The notes below the pieces were generated by a model, which saw only the letters and a program-made list of their open reading frames with translations, was not told the DNA's origin and made no database searches. From Eledone cirrhosa (taxonomy: Eukaryota), in contig OZ024747.1 in the NCBI GenBank assembly GCA_964016885.1, positions 15,376,001 through 15,440,000 on the forward strand: a DNA stretch of 64,000 bases. The letters run 5' to 3'. A program made the position numbers and the translations under genes. Of the stretch, positions 43,905 through 57,467 are shown in pieces. Numbering within the stretch: the stretch's first letter is position 1; every line of letters starts with the position of its first letter.

Positions 43905-45790
43905 ATAATAATAAATTTGAAGACTTAAATCCAAAGAGGGCTTGATAAGGATAAATATATATCAAATATATAAGAACCGTAGAGCAAATATTTATTAAAA
44001 TAACAGATTAAATTTTAAGCAAAGAATCGCTGTTTTCACCCTTAACCGGATTTTCTGAAACTAACAAAGTCAATCTGTGAACGCAGAAGTGAATATTTCA
44101 AAAAACGTTGCAACCGGAGGAAGACAGGATGACGATACTTTTGTTCGTGGAAATGTTCCCTGGCAAAGAACGGGTAAAACCGAATATAAACGACATATGT
44201 GAAGCGGGGAGAACAAATGCACGCAAAGACAAAACCACGTAAATGGTATAACTGAAGTCATAGACTAAAATTCTATTAGGTGGTTCATAGAGACGTTTTC
44301 TGGCAATGAACGGAAAAAACGAAGATAATACGTCATATGTGGAGCGTTGAGAACAAATCTACGCAAAGACAAAAGCACGTAAATGGTATAACTGAAGTCG
44401 TAAACTAAAATTCTAACTAGGAAACCGAATGATTCTCGGCTTCAGAGTTAAGAAGAAAGTAATTGAGGTAATTGAAATTAAATAAATACATGCACGCATA
44501 CATATACGTACATACACAAGCATACGCAAAAACACTCGCCATAGGTAAACAAATACACGCACGTACAAAAAAAACAAAAAACCCGCACGCACATACAGAA
44601 CCCTCGCAACGCATGTACCCGCACGCATACGAATGTATACACCAAATACACATAACAATATATATATATGTGTGTGCGTGTGTGTGCGTGTATACATATA
44701 ATTAAATAAACGTATATAAATAAATAAATACGTATATAACAAGCGCACACACATGCCTACATGTAAATACACATATGTTCGGAGACGTACTTCAACCAAA
44801 ACACGAAGTATACATATACACACACCCTACATACGTACGAACCTGCATACTCACACAGACGCAAAATTCACGTATACTCATAACCAAAAGCATATGTACC
44901 AGAATATATAATATATACGCCATAACATATACATTCAAATATACGTACTAGGAAGTATACGTACCTTCACAAAACATACAGGTAATATATACTTACCTAT
45001 ACAAATAAGTAATGGTATAAACATAACATATACTTAGCTACCACAACAAGACGTAAAATATCCACGTATAGTTCGTACTATCCGTTGGGGTATAATGTGG
45101 GGCTGTAATACAGGAAAGTTTTGTGCAATTTATGTTTACAAGCCGAAATTGCCTAAGATTATTTGTTTAAGATGTGGTCTTTGGCGTAGAGTATTTCCAG
45201 GCCACAGCGGCGCAGAGGTCACATGGTCTTTTATTTCCGTTATACAATCTAGCCCTGACTAGGATCTCTCAGTGTAACTTATATTGCGTATGATTGTCTT
45301 TTAGACTACATATATAAGCTGAAAGTGACGTCATATTCCTTCTTAAAGGGTAACGAAAAGAATGGGTATGCATGTAAAGACGCTGATTGAATCTATTGGC
45401 GGTTAACCCTATGTAGGCCCTACGGGACGTGGGTGTTTCAACCTTACATTTGTAGACAATGTTACTAGAGAAGCATTTCCCGGATAGGGGGCAGTCAACC
45501 TGATTCCTAGAATTACAGTTAGTACTAACTACAGGGTTGCACGTGTTCCTACGGCTAGGTAATTTAGCTAAGTTTGAAGCTGTGATGTTATGTGCAAGGT
45601 TAGGAGTCGTAGAATAAGACATTTTAATAGTATTTCTATTACAAATTTTACTATATTTATGTGTAGGGGGGAAAATGATTCATAATAAGGGAGAGAAAGA
45701 TCTTAGCTAATGTTCTCCCCGCTCCACATATGACGTATTATCTTCGTTTTTTCCGTTAATTGCCAGAGAACATCTCTATGAACCACCTAG
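43901..45790 (-). mobile_element. 5'-truncated Penelope-like (Neptune-type) retroelement
   Basis: ORF remnant, low-complexity 3' UTR, pLTR ~43993-44430 with two ~130-bp internal units, 3' extension 43901-43992 ending in (TA)n, inverted pLTR piece at the 5' end (45711-45790). Confidence 0.85.
45110..45705 (-). pseudogene. Penelope-like linker, Cys-rich motif and GIY-YIG endonuclease
   Basis: [31 protein letters not shown]...CNSRNQVDCPLSGKCFSSNIVYKCKV...AYIGLTANRFNQRLYMHTHSF; premature stop at ~45269. Confidence 0.92.
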
Positions 45791-45838
45791 AATCTGACAA
45801 ATTAATAATCGAGGGTGTGGACGATTTTTGCGCATATT

Positions 45839-45910
<72 letters not shown>

Positions 45911-45956
45911 TATGTGCATATACGTATGTGTATGTGAGTATATATATATATATTTA

Positions 45957-46555
45957 TTTATTAAAATAACAGATTAAAATTTAAGCAAAGAATTGCTGCT
46001 TTCACCCTTAAAGGGATCTTCTGAACTAACAAAGTCAATCTGTGAACGCAGAAGTGAATATTTCACAAAATGTTGCAACCGGGGGAAGACGGGAAGATAA
46101 CTTCTTTTATACCATAAACGTGGTTTTGTCTTTGTGTGTAATTGTTTTTCTCCGCTCCAAATAATGACGAATTATATTCGTTTTTTCCCGTTCTTTGCCA
46201 GGGAACGTTTCTACGAACCAAAGTATTGTTTTCCTGTCTTCCCCCGGTTGCAACGTTTTTTGAAATATTCACTTCTGCGTTCACAGATTGACTTTGTTAG
46301 TTCTGAAGATCCCTTTAATGGTGAAAGCAGCGATTCCTTGCTTAAATTTAATCTGTTATTTTAATAAAACGACTGGCCTTCGCGCTGAAAACCGCATTGC
46401 GTCAACTTAGAAAGAGGGTTAATTGAAGAAAAAGACATAAATGAATATTTAAACTCTACTTCGGTATTGAATTTTCATTTTTACGTCTGTCAACAATTCA
46501 CGTACTCTCAGGTCTTGAAAAATCGTCCACACCCTCGATTATTAATCTGTCAATT
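45957..46555 (+). mobile_element. Foldback element built from the pLTR of the adjacent Neptune-type family
   Basis: Arms 45957-46095 / 46231-46368; CTGAAGA-TCCC-loop-GGT-GAAA at 46303-46326; homologous to 43993-44275. Confidence 0.85.
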
Positions 46556-46764
46556 TTATTGAATATGATTCATATTGATACAGCAGCTGGAGAATCTAAT
46601 AATTATTATATTTTACATAAAAGAAAACAAACATTATATATGACAAAAGAAGAACATTAAAATAAATGACATATTTACGAACGTACATTATACAATTACT
46701 GCCCCCCCCCCCCCATGTTTCCACCCACTCCTATTATTTGGGACCCGAGAGTGCCACCAAACAA

Positions 46765-47240
46765 TCCTACTCTCTATGTCTACCACACGAATCTCTCGTC
46801 CAACCCGCCTCTCTATATCAATTAACATCAAACTCTCCCCCTCTCTATATCACTTCACATCAATCTCTCCTACTCTCTATCTACTACACGGTATGCTCTT
46901 CCAATAACCATCACTATATCAAGTATCCCCAAACTCTCCCCCTCTCTATATCTACTAAGGGAACTCTCTCCTAACACCCATCTCTATATCAATTAACACC
47001 AACCTTTTCCCCAATTTATATCTACGACAGGGAACTCTCTCCCAACACCTCTCTCTATATCAATTAACATCAAAGTCTCCCCCCTCTCTCAATATCTTCT
47101 ACACGGAACTCTCTTCCAATCACTCTCTCTATGTCACGTAATAGCTAACTCTCCCCTCCCCATATCTACTTCACAGACTTCTCTTCCAAAACTCCTCTCT
47201 ATGTCAATTAACACCAAACTCTCCACCTCTCTATCCCTAT
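46765..47240. repeat. Degenerate CT-rich minisatellite (~30/60-bp units)
   Basis: Recurring CTCTATATCAATTAACAYCAAACTCTCCCC. Confidence 0.8.
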
Positions 47241-47354
47241 TTAAACACTTATGTAGATATATATTCGGGTGTAATCTTACCGCATTCTGTAACATTTGCA
47301 ATATTAAAGTATGTATGTATGTATATATATTCATATGTATGTATGTGTGATCTC

Positions 47355-47550
47355 CACGGTATTGTGAGGTTTCACAGGCAACCTGATGCAAGACATCAGG
47401 CCAGGGAGATCCATAGTTGTCGTCGGTGTGCGAAAGAGTGCAAGCCTCTAGCAGGCTTTAAAAGCCATATCCGAGCGTCACACATCTGAATCTGACAAGC
47501 GACTGCAATACTTTTAGCAGAGTTTGCAGCCATCATGTATGTATGTATGT
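47355..47550 (+). pseudogene. RTE-type LINE extreme 3' fragment
   Basis: CRRCAKECKPLAGFKSHIRASH* C2H2 finger, short UTR ending GCAGCCATC(ATGT)n. Confidence 0.75.
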
Positions 47551-48842
47551 AATTAACATCAGGCACTTTGCTGCAAAAAACAAAAGTATTTACCTCAATC
47601 TTAAGAGACCTCTTGTATGCAGATGATTGCGATCTTGTAGCGCACACAGAGAGTGATATGCAGCACATTTCGAATGCATTTTCTGATTTTTGCACTGCCC
47701 TAGGATTGACTGTTAGTCTCAAGAAAACCGTCATCATGTACCAACCTGCCCCTGGTAAGCAGTACAGTGAAGCAAATTTCTATGTGTATGGTAAACGACT
47801 TGGAGTGGTTGATCAGTTAGTCTACCTAGGAAGCACTGTCAATCGATACAGCAACCTTGATAATGAAATTCCACTCACGATAAGAAAAGCAAGTGATTCT
47901 TTCGGAAAGCTAGAAAGGCGACTTTTGGGTCGGCGAGACATATGCAAGAAGACAAAGGTAAAGGTGTACAAGGCATGTGTGCTCTCTTCTCTTCTTTATG
48001 CCTGCGAGACCTGGGTCCCATATAGACACCACCTTAAACAATTGGAGCGTTTCCATCATATGTTTCTCAGACGGACCCATGGCGTTCACTGGAGGGACCA
48101 CATCAGTGATGTCGAGATTTTGGAAAGCTCTCTGTGTGACAGTATAGAAGCTCTTGTGCTTAAGCAAAGACTCCGTTGGGGTGGTCACCTTGCCAGGATG
48201 AAGGATTCTAGAATACCAAAACAACTCTTTTATGAAGAGTTACTTAAAGGAAAACGACCTCCACATAAACCAAAAAAGAGGTATAAGGATGCGTTGAAAG
48301 CCTCTTTGAAAGACGCTAACATCTCTGCTGATACATGGGAAAATGTTGCTGTTGATCGTAATAAATAGAGAAAGACTGTATATGAGGGGAAAGTTGCCTT
48401 TGAGGCATCTTGAATCGCATATGAGAAAGTAAAGAGGGATGTGAAGAACGGCATTACTATTGCATTTCCAGACAGCGAAGCTCCTCCTATGGTGCTGACA
48501 TGCAGCGTCCGTGCGAGACTCTGCCTCAGAAAAATTGTACTCGAAAGTCATCTTCGCAGTCATAAAGTGAGACCAGTGGTTGACTAACAGGCTGCTGTTG
48601 GAGATGCTACTCATCATGCCTGCCAAGCTTGTGGTAGAGAATGTAAATCAGCAGGAGGGCTCAAGCGACATGCAAAAGTACTTGAACACCAACCACAGCC
48701 GGCTATTCCCAGTGAATGTTTTGGTTGCCAACTCTGTGCAAGACATTTTAGATCATCGGCTGCGCTAAAAGGCCACATTCGATCCCAGCACTGCTAATTG
48801 TTATCGTTTGTGTGTGTGTGTGAGTGGGTATGTGTATAGATA

Positions 48843-48891
<49 letters not shown>

Positions 48892-48995
48892 TATTATTAT
48901 TGTTGTTATTATTATTGTCGTTATTATTATTTTTTTTCGTGCAATGGCCATACTCCATAACAAGGGCGCAGCCATCATCATGTATGTATGTATGT
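47551..48995 (+). mobile_element. 5'-truncated RTE-clade LINE (RT C-terminal half plus three C2H2 fingers)
   Basis: LLYADD, GLTVSLKKT, YLGS, LLYACETW, RLRWGGHLARM, RIPKQLFY; frame continues through three stops to 48797; tail GCAGCCATCATC(ATGT)n at ~48968-48995. Confidence 0.95.
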
Positions 48996-49422
48996 GTGCA
49001 TGCTTACGTATTTTCGCCAGGCACTTTCGTTTACAAAGTGATAATTGCGTTAATATATAGATTTATGTAGGTATATTTGTCGGTGATTCTACTCTGAGAT
49101 CTGAATACGTCCTACACATAGAGTCTAATACGACTTGAAATATAGACTTAATATAGCTATACCTTTTGACGTGTACTTCATAGAAAGGAACAATACATAT
49201 ATATTAATCTATGTTCTCATTAATCTACTTGCCATTGTTCAGTTTGGTAATTGGGAGACGTATTCTTATTATTTACCTTTGTACCTTCCATTTAATCCTT
49301 TCCCATCATCAGTTTTAATCTGTTTTCTTGGAAATTCATTAACTATACGACTATCAATTGTGTTTGGCTCAACCTAAAGTTTTTCATATATATTTAAACT
49401 TATACACGTATATATATATATA

Positions 49423-49503
<81 letters not shown>

Positions 49504-50352
49504 AATAGAAGTACAGCATATTCGAAGCTCGAGCCGCAGCTAAGCCGACGAATGCATTGAGAAGTGCAGCCAAGCACTCGATAAGGTATAAAACCTTAGA
49601 GTAATAACATACAGTTTGAAGGGCTTTGCAAATTGAAGATGGCGACCGGTAATTCATCCGCGGGGACCGTAACTAAGAAAGAACTGACTCGCGAGATAAG
49701 ATACATACATATATATATATATATATATACATTTATTTATATACCTATATATAACAAACCTGGAGCATCACTTCGATATTTTGCAATATCTAAGTTAGGT
49801 TTCTGTAAATCCATAATCTAAAAAATCCGCTTGCGGTGCATGCAAGTTAAGGTTCTGGAAGATCGAACAGAGGATTTACTTTCTCAACAGGCGCTTCCGT
49901 TCTGACGCCAGTCCGGTTGTGAGACCTCATGTTTCTCCAAAGGGAGCTAACATCCAGTTTATAGCGGTCAAATTCAAATTATTGAGCAATGGAATAACTT
50001 CCGTACCCAAACTGAATTAAGCACTCAACCAGATCGTTATTAAACAAACATAAATAATTAACCAATCAATAGAATTGTCTAATTAAATGAATCAATTAAT
50101 CATTAGGTCTAGGAGATAGTAATACAAATGGAAGTACAGCATATTCGAAGGTCGAGCCGCAGCAAGGCCGACGAATGCATTCAGAAGTGCAGTGAAGCAC
50201 TCGATAAGGTATAAAACCTTAGAGTAATAACATACAGTTTAAAGGGCCTTGCCAATTGAAGATGGCGACCGGTAATTCAGCCGCGGGGACCGTAGCTACG
50301 AAAGAACTCACTCGCGAGAAAATATACATATATATATATATACACACACATG

Positions 50353-50385
<33 letters not shown>

Positions 50386-50390
50386 GTGTT

Positions 50391-50435
<45 letters not shown>

Positions 50436-50437
50436 AA

Positions 50438-50579
<142 letters not shown>

Positions 50580-50626
50580 TATAGAGGTAAACATACATAC
50601 ATATAAATATATATATATGTATATAA

Positions 50627-51752
<1,126 letters not shown>

Positions 51753-51884
51753 GTCATCTGAAATTCTTCAGATATACTTGTTTCATTTATATGCAGGTGT
51801 GTTACCTTAATCGGGGGAATAGATCTATTAATCAAAAGAAATTATATGTGTTGTTGATTTCGAATTTTGTACGCAAAATGCCTG

Positions 51885-52210
51885 ATTAGATACAAAAAGG
51901 GTTTGTGGAGACGTTCCCTGGCAGGGAAGGTCTCCACGAACCACCTAATAGAATATATAAACGTCGTTTTGTCTTTGCGTGTAATTGTTTTCACCGCTTC
52001 AAATAAGGACGTCTTATCTTCGTTTTTTCCGTTCTTAGCCAGGGAACGTTTCCACAAACCAAAGAATCGTCTTCCTGTCGTCCATCGGTTGCAACGTTTT
52101 TCGAAATATTTACTTCTGCGTTCACAGATTGATTTTTTTAATTTCAGAAGATCCCGTCAAGGGTGAAAGCACCGATTCTTTGCTTAAACTTTAATCTGTT
52201 ATTTTAATAA

Positions 52211-52212
<2 letters not shown>
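51885..52212 (+). mobile_element. Solo pLTR of the 43901-45790 Penelope-like family
   Basis: Homologous to 43993-44330 in reverse; CAGAAGA-TCCC-GTCAA-GGGT-GAAA; ends in (TA)n without extension. Confidence 0.8.
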
Positions 52213-52264
<52 letters not shown>

Positions 52265-52589
52265 ATAATATTATAATATCATGCATCTGACTCTCTGTGG
52301 AATAACATCCCAGTGAAAGTCTTGTGGTACGAAGAATTCCTCTATTGAAATAGTTAGTTTGCTATAATGTTAGTATAGCTGATGTTTTTAGAGAGGGGTA
52401 AAATATTTTTTTCTTTGTTAATGTATGACTAATATAAATGTAAATGTATAATATTTTGTGACATTAAGTTATATGCACTGGAATGTGATATGTGAATGCG
52501 CATGTGTACATATAAAAATATTCAATATATAAATATTCAATATATAATTAGAGAGAATGAGAGCTAAGGCGCAAGTACATCTATTTATA

Positions 52590-52940
52590 CATGGTGGGTG
52601 GAAACAAACGCTCTATTAAAAAAATTAAAAACAGTATTAATTATTCGTCGATTTTCATAAAATTCGTTTTATTTTAAATAGTATAACGACAGAAATATAG
52701 TCCAGTGTCAAAGTTCTACATATCCATCAGTGTTGGCATCAGTGTTTGTAATCGTCTAATTATTCCCTCGACTGATTTCATCAGGAAGTCACGCAATGCG
52801 TACCTCCAATTGAGGCAGAGGTTTTTATTTTGAACAATAAACCCCCTCCTTCGCTTAACTCCACAGTAAAAAATTACATTTCTCAAGTAATCAACAGTAG
52901 GCTAAAAGTTTCAATAGCGAGTTTATTTCCACCCACCCTG
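52590..52940 (-). mobile_element. Tc1/mariner-type deletion derivative (MITE)
   Basis: TA|CATGGTGGGTGGAAACAAAC ... GTTTATTTCCACCCACCCTG|TA; interior has a decayed FFLLWS*AKEGVY transposase C-terminal-like peptide. Confidence 0.8.
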
Positions 52941-53070
52941 TATATATCCTGAAAACGAGCTTAGGCCCAACACATCGAACTCCCTTTCCTCTTTCCAATA
53001 TAAAGCGTGGAATTACCTTTTGTGCTCCTGTTTGTTGTCCCCTTGAACTATAAACATACACACACACACA

Positions 53071-53119
<49 letters not shown>

Positions 53120-54235
53120 CAATGTTTCTAAGTATGTCAACACATGTAGAATGTACTGCATTAAAATCAGGGCTACTTTTTCTCAGACCACGCGCGTGCG
53201 TATGTCTTCGTGTATGTGCGTACGCGCTATCGTGTTTCCTTTTTTAGGAAACAGGTTTTAATCTACCTTTCTCTTGATAACGAAGGTGGAGAAACGATGA
53301 ATTTGAAATTACTGCCATAGTAGACTAATCATTTGCTTTCTGTCGTAAGTACATACTTCATTATTAGAACTGAAAGTCAATGTGTCACTTGCAAATAAAT
53401 GCATTATGACGTGTCCAAAACACTAGGTAATGATAGAAATTGTCATGAATAGAACAGGAAAGAGAAACAACACAAATGTATATAAACGAAAATTGTGTAA
53501 GTGGCCATTGCAATCACTCTGTGGGTGTTTGTCTTTGCTCGTTGGCCAATATCTTTTTATATTGAATTCTGGTTTTCTAGTAAAAGAAACACAAAAACAA
53601 ACATAACAAACCAAACTATATGAAGCCTTACAATATAACAATGTAACAAACTACAACAAAGGTTACAATGAATACAAAAGAAAATAAAGGAGAAAGAGAC
53701 AAAAGAGGATGAAAAAATAGTGGATAAACAATATCAATATTATTTAGTCATCGATATATGTGTACTGAACTGAACTAAAGAAGTCATTGGTTGCGACTTA
53801 TAGTCGTTAAATCTAGAAGTACGGGTGATCGAGTGCAAAAGCTCATGACACACCATTATTCTTCATTGATTGCAATCTACCTAAATATCATTGTCAGTGG
53901 ATATGTATACATGGGTGTTGTTTTAGTTCTGTTTAATGTTTTTTTTAGACATTTTTATTTTCTTATATATTTCTCATTCTTTTATACTTATGTTACATTT
54001 AGCCGTAGCATTATATGCAAATTAGATTCGTTCGTTTGTACATTACATTCAACGTAATTGTTATTTTGCTCGTTTACTATAAATAGTTTTGCTCTTATAT
54101 TATCCTAGAGATTCTTAACTATCCTCAATGCATGCATGCATACTCATATGCACACACACGAATATATGCATACCTACATGCATGTACAGAATAACTGATT
54201 CCACACATATACACTGAACACGCGCCCACGCACAA

Positions 54236-54269
<34 letters not shown>

Positions 54270-54301
54270 ATGTGTGTGTGTGAGTGCGTGTGTAAAGGGT
54301 A

Positions 54302-54600
54302 AACAGAAATAACAACACAATCGGTACAGTATATGGAAGGAATATATCAGGTTAACGCTTGAAATAGCAGGAAGAGGGTCTTAACGTTTCGGAAGCTAGT
54401 CCTTCATCAGAAGAAAGAATAAGAAATAAGATAAATATGTATATATATATATATGTATATAAAACGTAAGCAGAAATAACAACACAATCGGTACTGTAAA
54501 TGGAAGGAATATATTAGGTTAACGCTTGAAATAGCAGGAAGAGGGTCTTAATGTTTCGTACGGTAGTCCTTCATGAGAAGAAAAAATGGGAAATTAGAAT
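54302..54600 (-). ncRNA. Tandem pair of ~130-bp hammerhead-containing repeats
   Basis: Minus strand CTGATGA-A-GGA-CTAGCT-TCC-GAAACGTT (54379-54414); second copy degenerate (54546-54581); separated by (TA)n. Confidence 0.75.
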
Positions 54601-54849
54601 GCTTGAAGGGACCGGCAGGGCGGAATAGAAAAATACGTTTTTAGAGAAAAATAACAGGTCTATTCATGTTTCCATCTCTTGGAAAACTGTTGATGCTGGC
54701 GTTTTGTGTATGACATACTTTTTTTAGAAAAGTGGATGATGGAGCACGTCTACCTGAAATGGAAAAAAAAAAAAACGTTTTGTATATAAAGAGAAACGTG
54801 TGCGCGAGCGTATGAGCACTCGCGCGCGTGTGTGTGTTGTCATACATCC

Positions 54850-54918
<69 letters not shown>

Positions 54919-55084
54919 GAAACCCGAGTTAAATCGGAGGTAACTGATGATTTCTAGTGATTCCCAGATGATTTCTTACGAATGAAACAATTCTAGTCCT
55001 CTAGAAATAAATACATATAAATATAAAATAAAGTTAAATAAAAAGTCAAATGTTTAAAATTTAGCTTCGTTTATTACTGCTATT

Positions 55085-55130
55085 TATATTTCAGTGACAG
55101 CCATCTTTGGCTGTGACCTCTTCAGGCAGT
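55085..55130 (-). ncRNA. Hammerhead-like motif
   Basis: CTGAAGA-G-GTCACAGCC-AAAGAT-GGCTGTCAC-T-GAAA; stems I and III poorly supported. Confidence 0.55.
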
Positions 55131-56763
55131 CTGAATTAGTGTGGTATAGACAAGTACATATGTTGTTGAGGTGTATAATTTTGTCAATACTCTGATATGC
55201 CCAGTTCCTGTTTGGGTTGTTATTTCACTGAGGAACTGGAATCATATGAATTCAAACAAACGAATTTCAGTGTCAAAGGGCCTCTTCTCCTCTCATTGGT
55301 CAGTTGTTAGAACATTCCTCATTCTAAGTGTTGTTATTGTTGGAGTTAGCTTAAAAAATTGATAAAGTGGTAGAAGGGACAAGGTGTTAAATAACAAAAA
55401 AAGTGTCAAACTTCCCATTGGTCAGTTCTGAGAGCAGTCCTCAGTCAGAAGTCTATAGAATTCTTTCTGGGGTGAGGCTCGCTGTAGTGTTTGTGTTTTC
55501 AAAAATATATATAAATATATATATATTGGACTGTGGGTAACGGTTTGAACTCTGATTCTATTGTTATGTTCTTTTTCATGTTTCTTTTTGTTGTTGTTGT
55601 TTTTTTACTTTACGCAGCGATGCAATGAGTATGACTCCCATTTACACCTGCACGTTCTGCATCCTGGTTATATCAATTTCGCAATCCGTGTATTGATAGT
55701 TTCTTCGCCACATTGGTGTAATGTTTTGTTGGTACAAATCGCGATATTATTTTATCAACATATGTCAGGCATATGTCTTTCATAAATATATCTAAATGTT
55801 TTGCCTTAATCTTCTCGTAAGTCTTGGCAGTTATGTTTCAGGTCATTGTTTGAGATTTCGATTGGAGAATTGGAAAGGGAATAATGAAGGGAGTGTTAGT
55901 TACTTTGCGTTGATTATTTTATTTGGTACATATTTTATCACATCGCTATAGAATCATCAATGTATATCATTACGAAGAGCATGCAAAGGTAACGTGTACA
56001 GGTTTGGTCTTCGAACCTAAACAATAAAATAATGTTTGTGACTATCACTGTCTACTCAATGGTTATAGCTATTGACTTCCATGTCTGAGAACTGGAAAGG
56101 GAATAATGAAAGAATTGATAGTTACTTTGCGTTGATTACTTTCTTTTCCTTTGTGTTGATGTTGCTACTTTAAAACCCATGTCTATACGCCACCGCGCAT
56201 ACTTTTGATCAAAGACGATCCTTGCTTTTCTGATATACTGTGCCTATTATTATATGCGCCCATACGTGCTTTTTCAAAGCGCTAGAGGTATTTCAATTGT
56301 TATATATAGCAGGGAAAATGACCACATAAGGCCAGATCCGTTAGTTCCTTATTGTTACGGATTTATCGATATTGGCATTGTGTTATGATCCTAAATTCTA
56401 ACCTTCCATTTGTACCTATAATTCTGTGATTTGAATTATTGTTCACTTTTATGTTGGTCCATTTGCTATCTGTTCAGTCTTCCATGACAACGGCCATATA
56501 CTTTCCATGCCATTTTAAGTAATATTTACATAGGAAATGGTTTATAGTGTGTCCTTAGTATTAGTAAAACTGATGGTTTTATTGAAGAGAATTTCAGTGG
56601 GGTTCTTTATCACTAAATATATTAATCAGTAGAATAATTCCCCAGAATATATTCCACTTCTAATGGCGTGGCCAATATTTGTTTTTTCTTTATTTTTAAA
56701 GGTTTTGTACATTGTATTGTAATGCACGTTTTCCCTTTTTAAATTGCACTGTATAGGTTTATT

Positions 56764-57200
56764 ATCAGAGATTTAGAAGTAGTTCTTGATAACAACATAA
56801 ACTGGGCCACTCATATAAACAGCGAAGTTGACATAGCCCGCAGAATGTGTTCCTGGATACTCAGAATGTTCCAGTCGAGAGATATCCACACCATTATACT
56901 TCTCTTCTCTACATTTTGCCAACCCCACCTTGAATACTGTTGACCACTGTGGTCTTCCCACACGAAACAATCTGTTATGAAAATTGAAGCATCTCAAAAT
57001 TCAATCACAAAAAAGATAGACGCCATGAGAGACCTTGACTATTAGGGTCGACTAGAAAAGTTCAAACTCAATTTTCTCCAACGCCACCATGACCACTACA
57101 TTTTCTGCCTGATGTGGAAAATATTCCATCAGCATTGCCTAAACGATGTTGGCATCATCTTTAAAGTACACCTAATGCTTGGGGCCCGTGCTATCCCCCT
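56764..57200 (+). pseudogene. CR1/L2-group LINE RT C-terminal remnant
   Basis: DLEVVLDNNINWATHI...QPHLEYC*PLWS...KIEASQNSITKKI...LDY*GRLEKFKLNFLQR. Confidence 0.88.
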
Positions 57201-57413
57201 ACAGCAAAGAGAAGGAGGAGGAGAAGAAGAAGAAGAAGAAGAAGAAGAAATATTATTATGTGTGTGTGTGCATGCTGGGGCAGATCTATATCGTACTAAA
57301 CAGTTATTTTTAATGATACAAACGAATCTGGACAAACAAACATATACGTACACAAAAGTATACTTGTCCTGTACGTCTAGACACAACACTCACACACACG
57401 ACATATGCTTATG

Positions 57414-57467
<54 letters not shown>

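Noticed and set aside
49880-49960. Minus-strand peptide KLDVSSLWRNM resembling RT motif A
   Set aside because: Short, flanked by stops, no other RT motifs, and not evident in the related segment at 60 kb
55866-56140. ~50-bp imperfect direct repeats ~220 bp apart
   Set aside because: No TSD, ribozyme core or other copies; most likely an old local duplication
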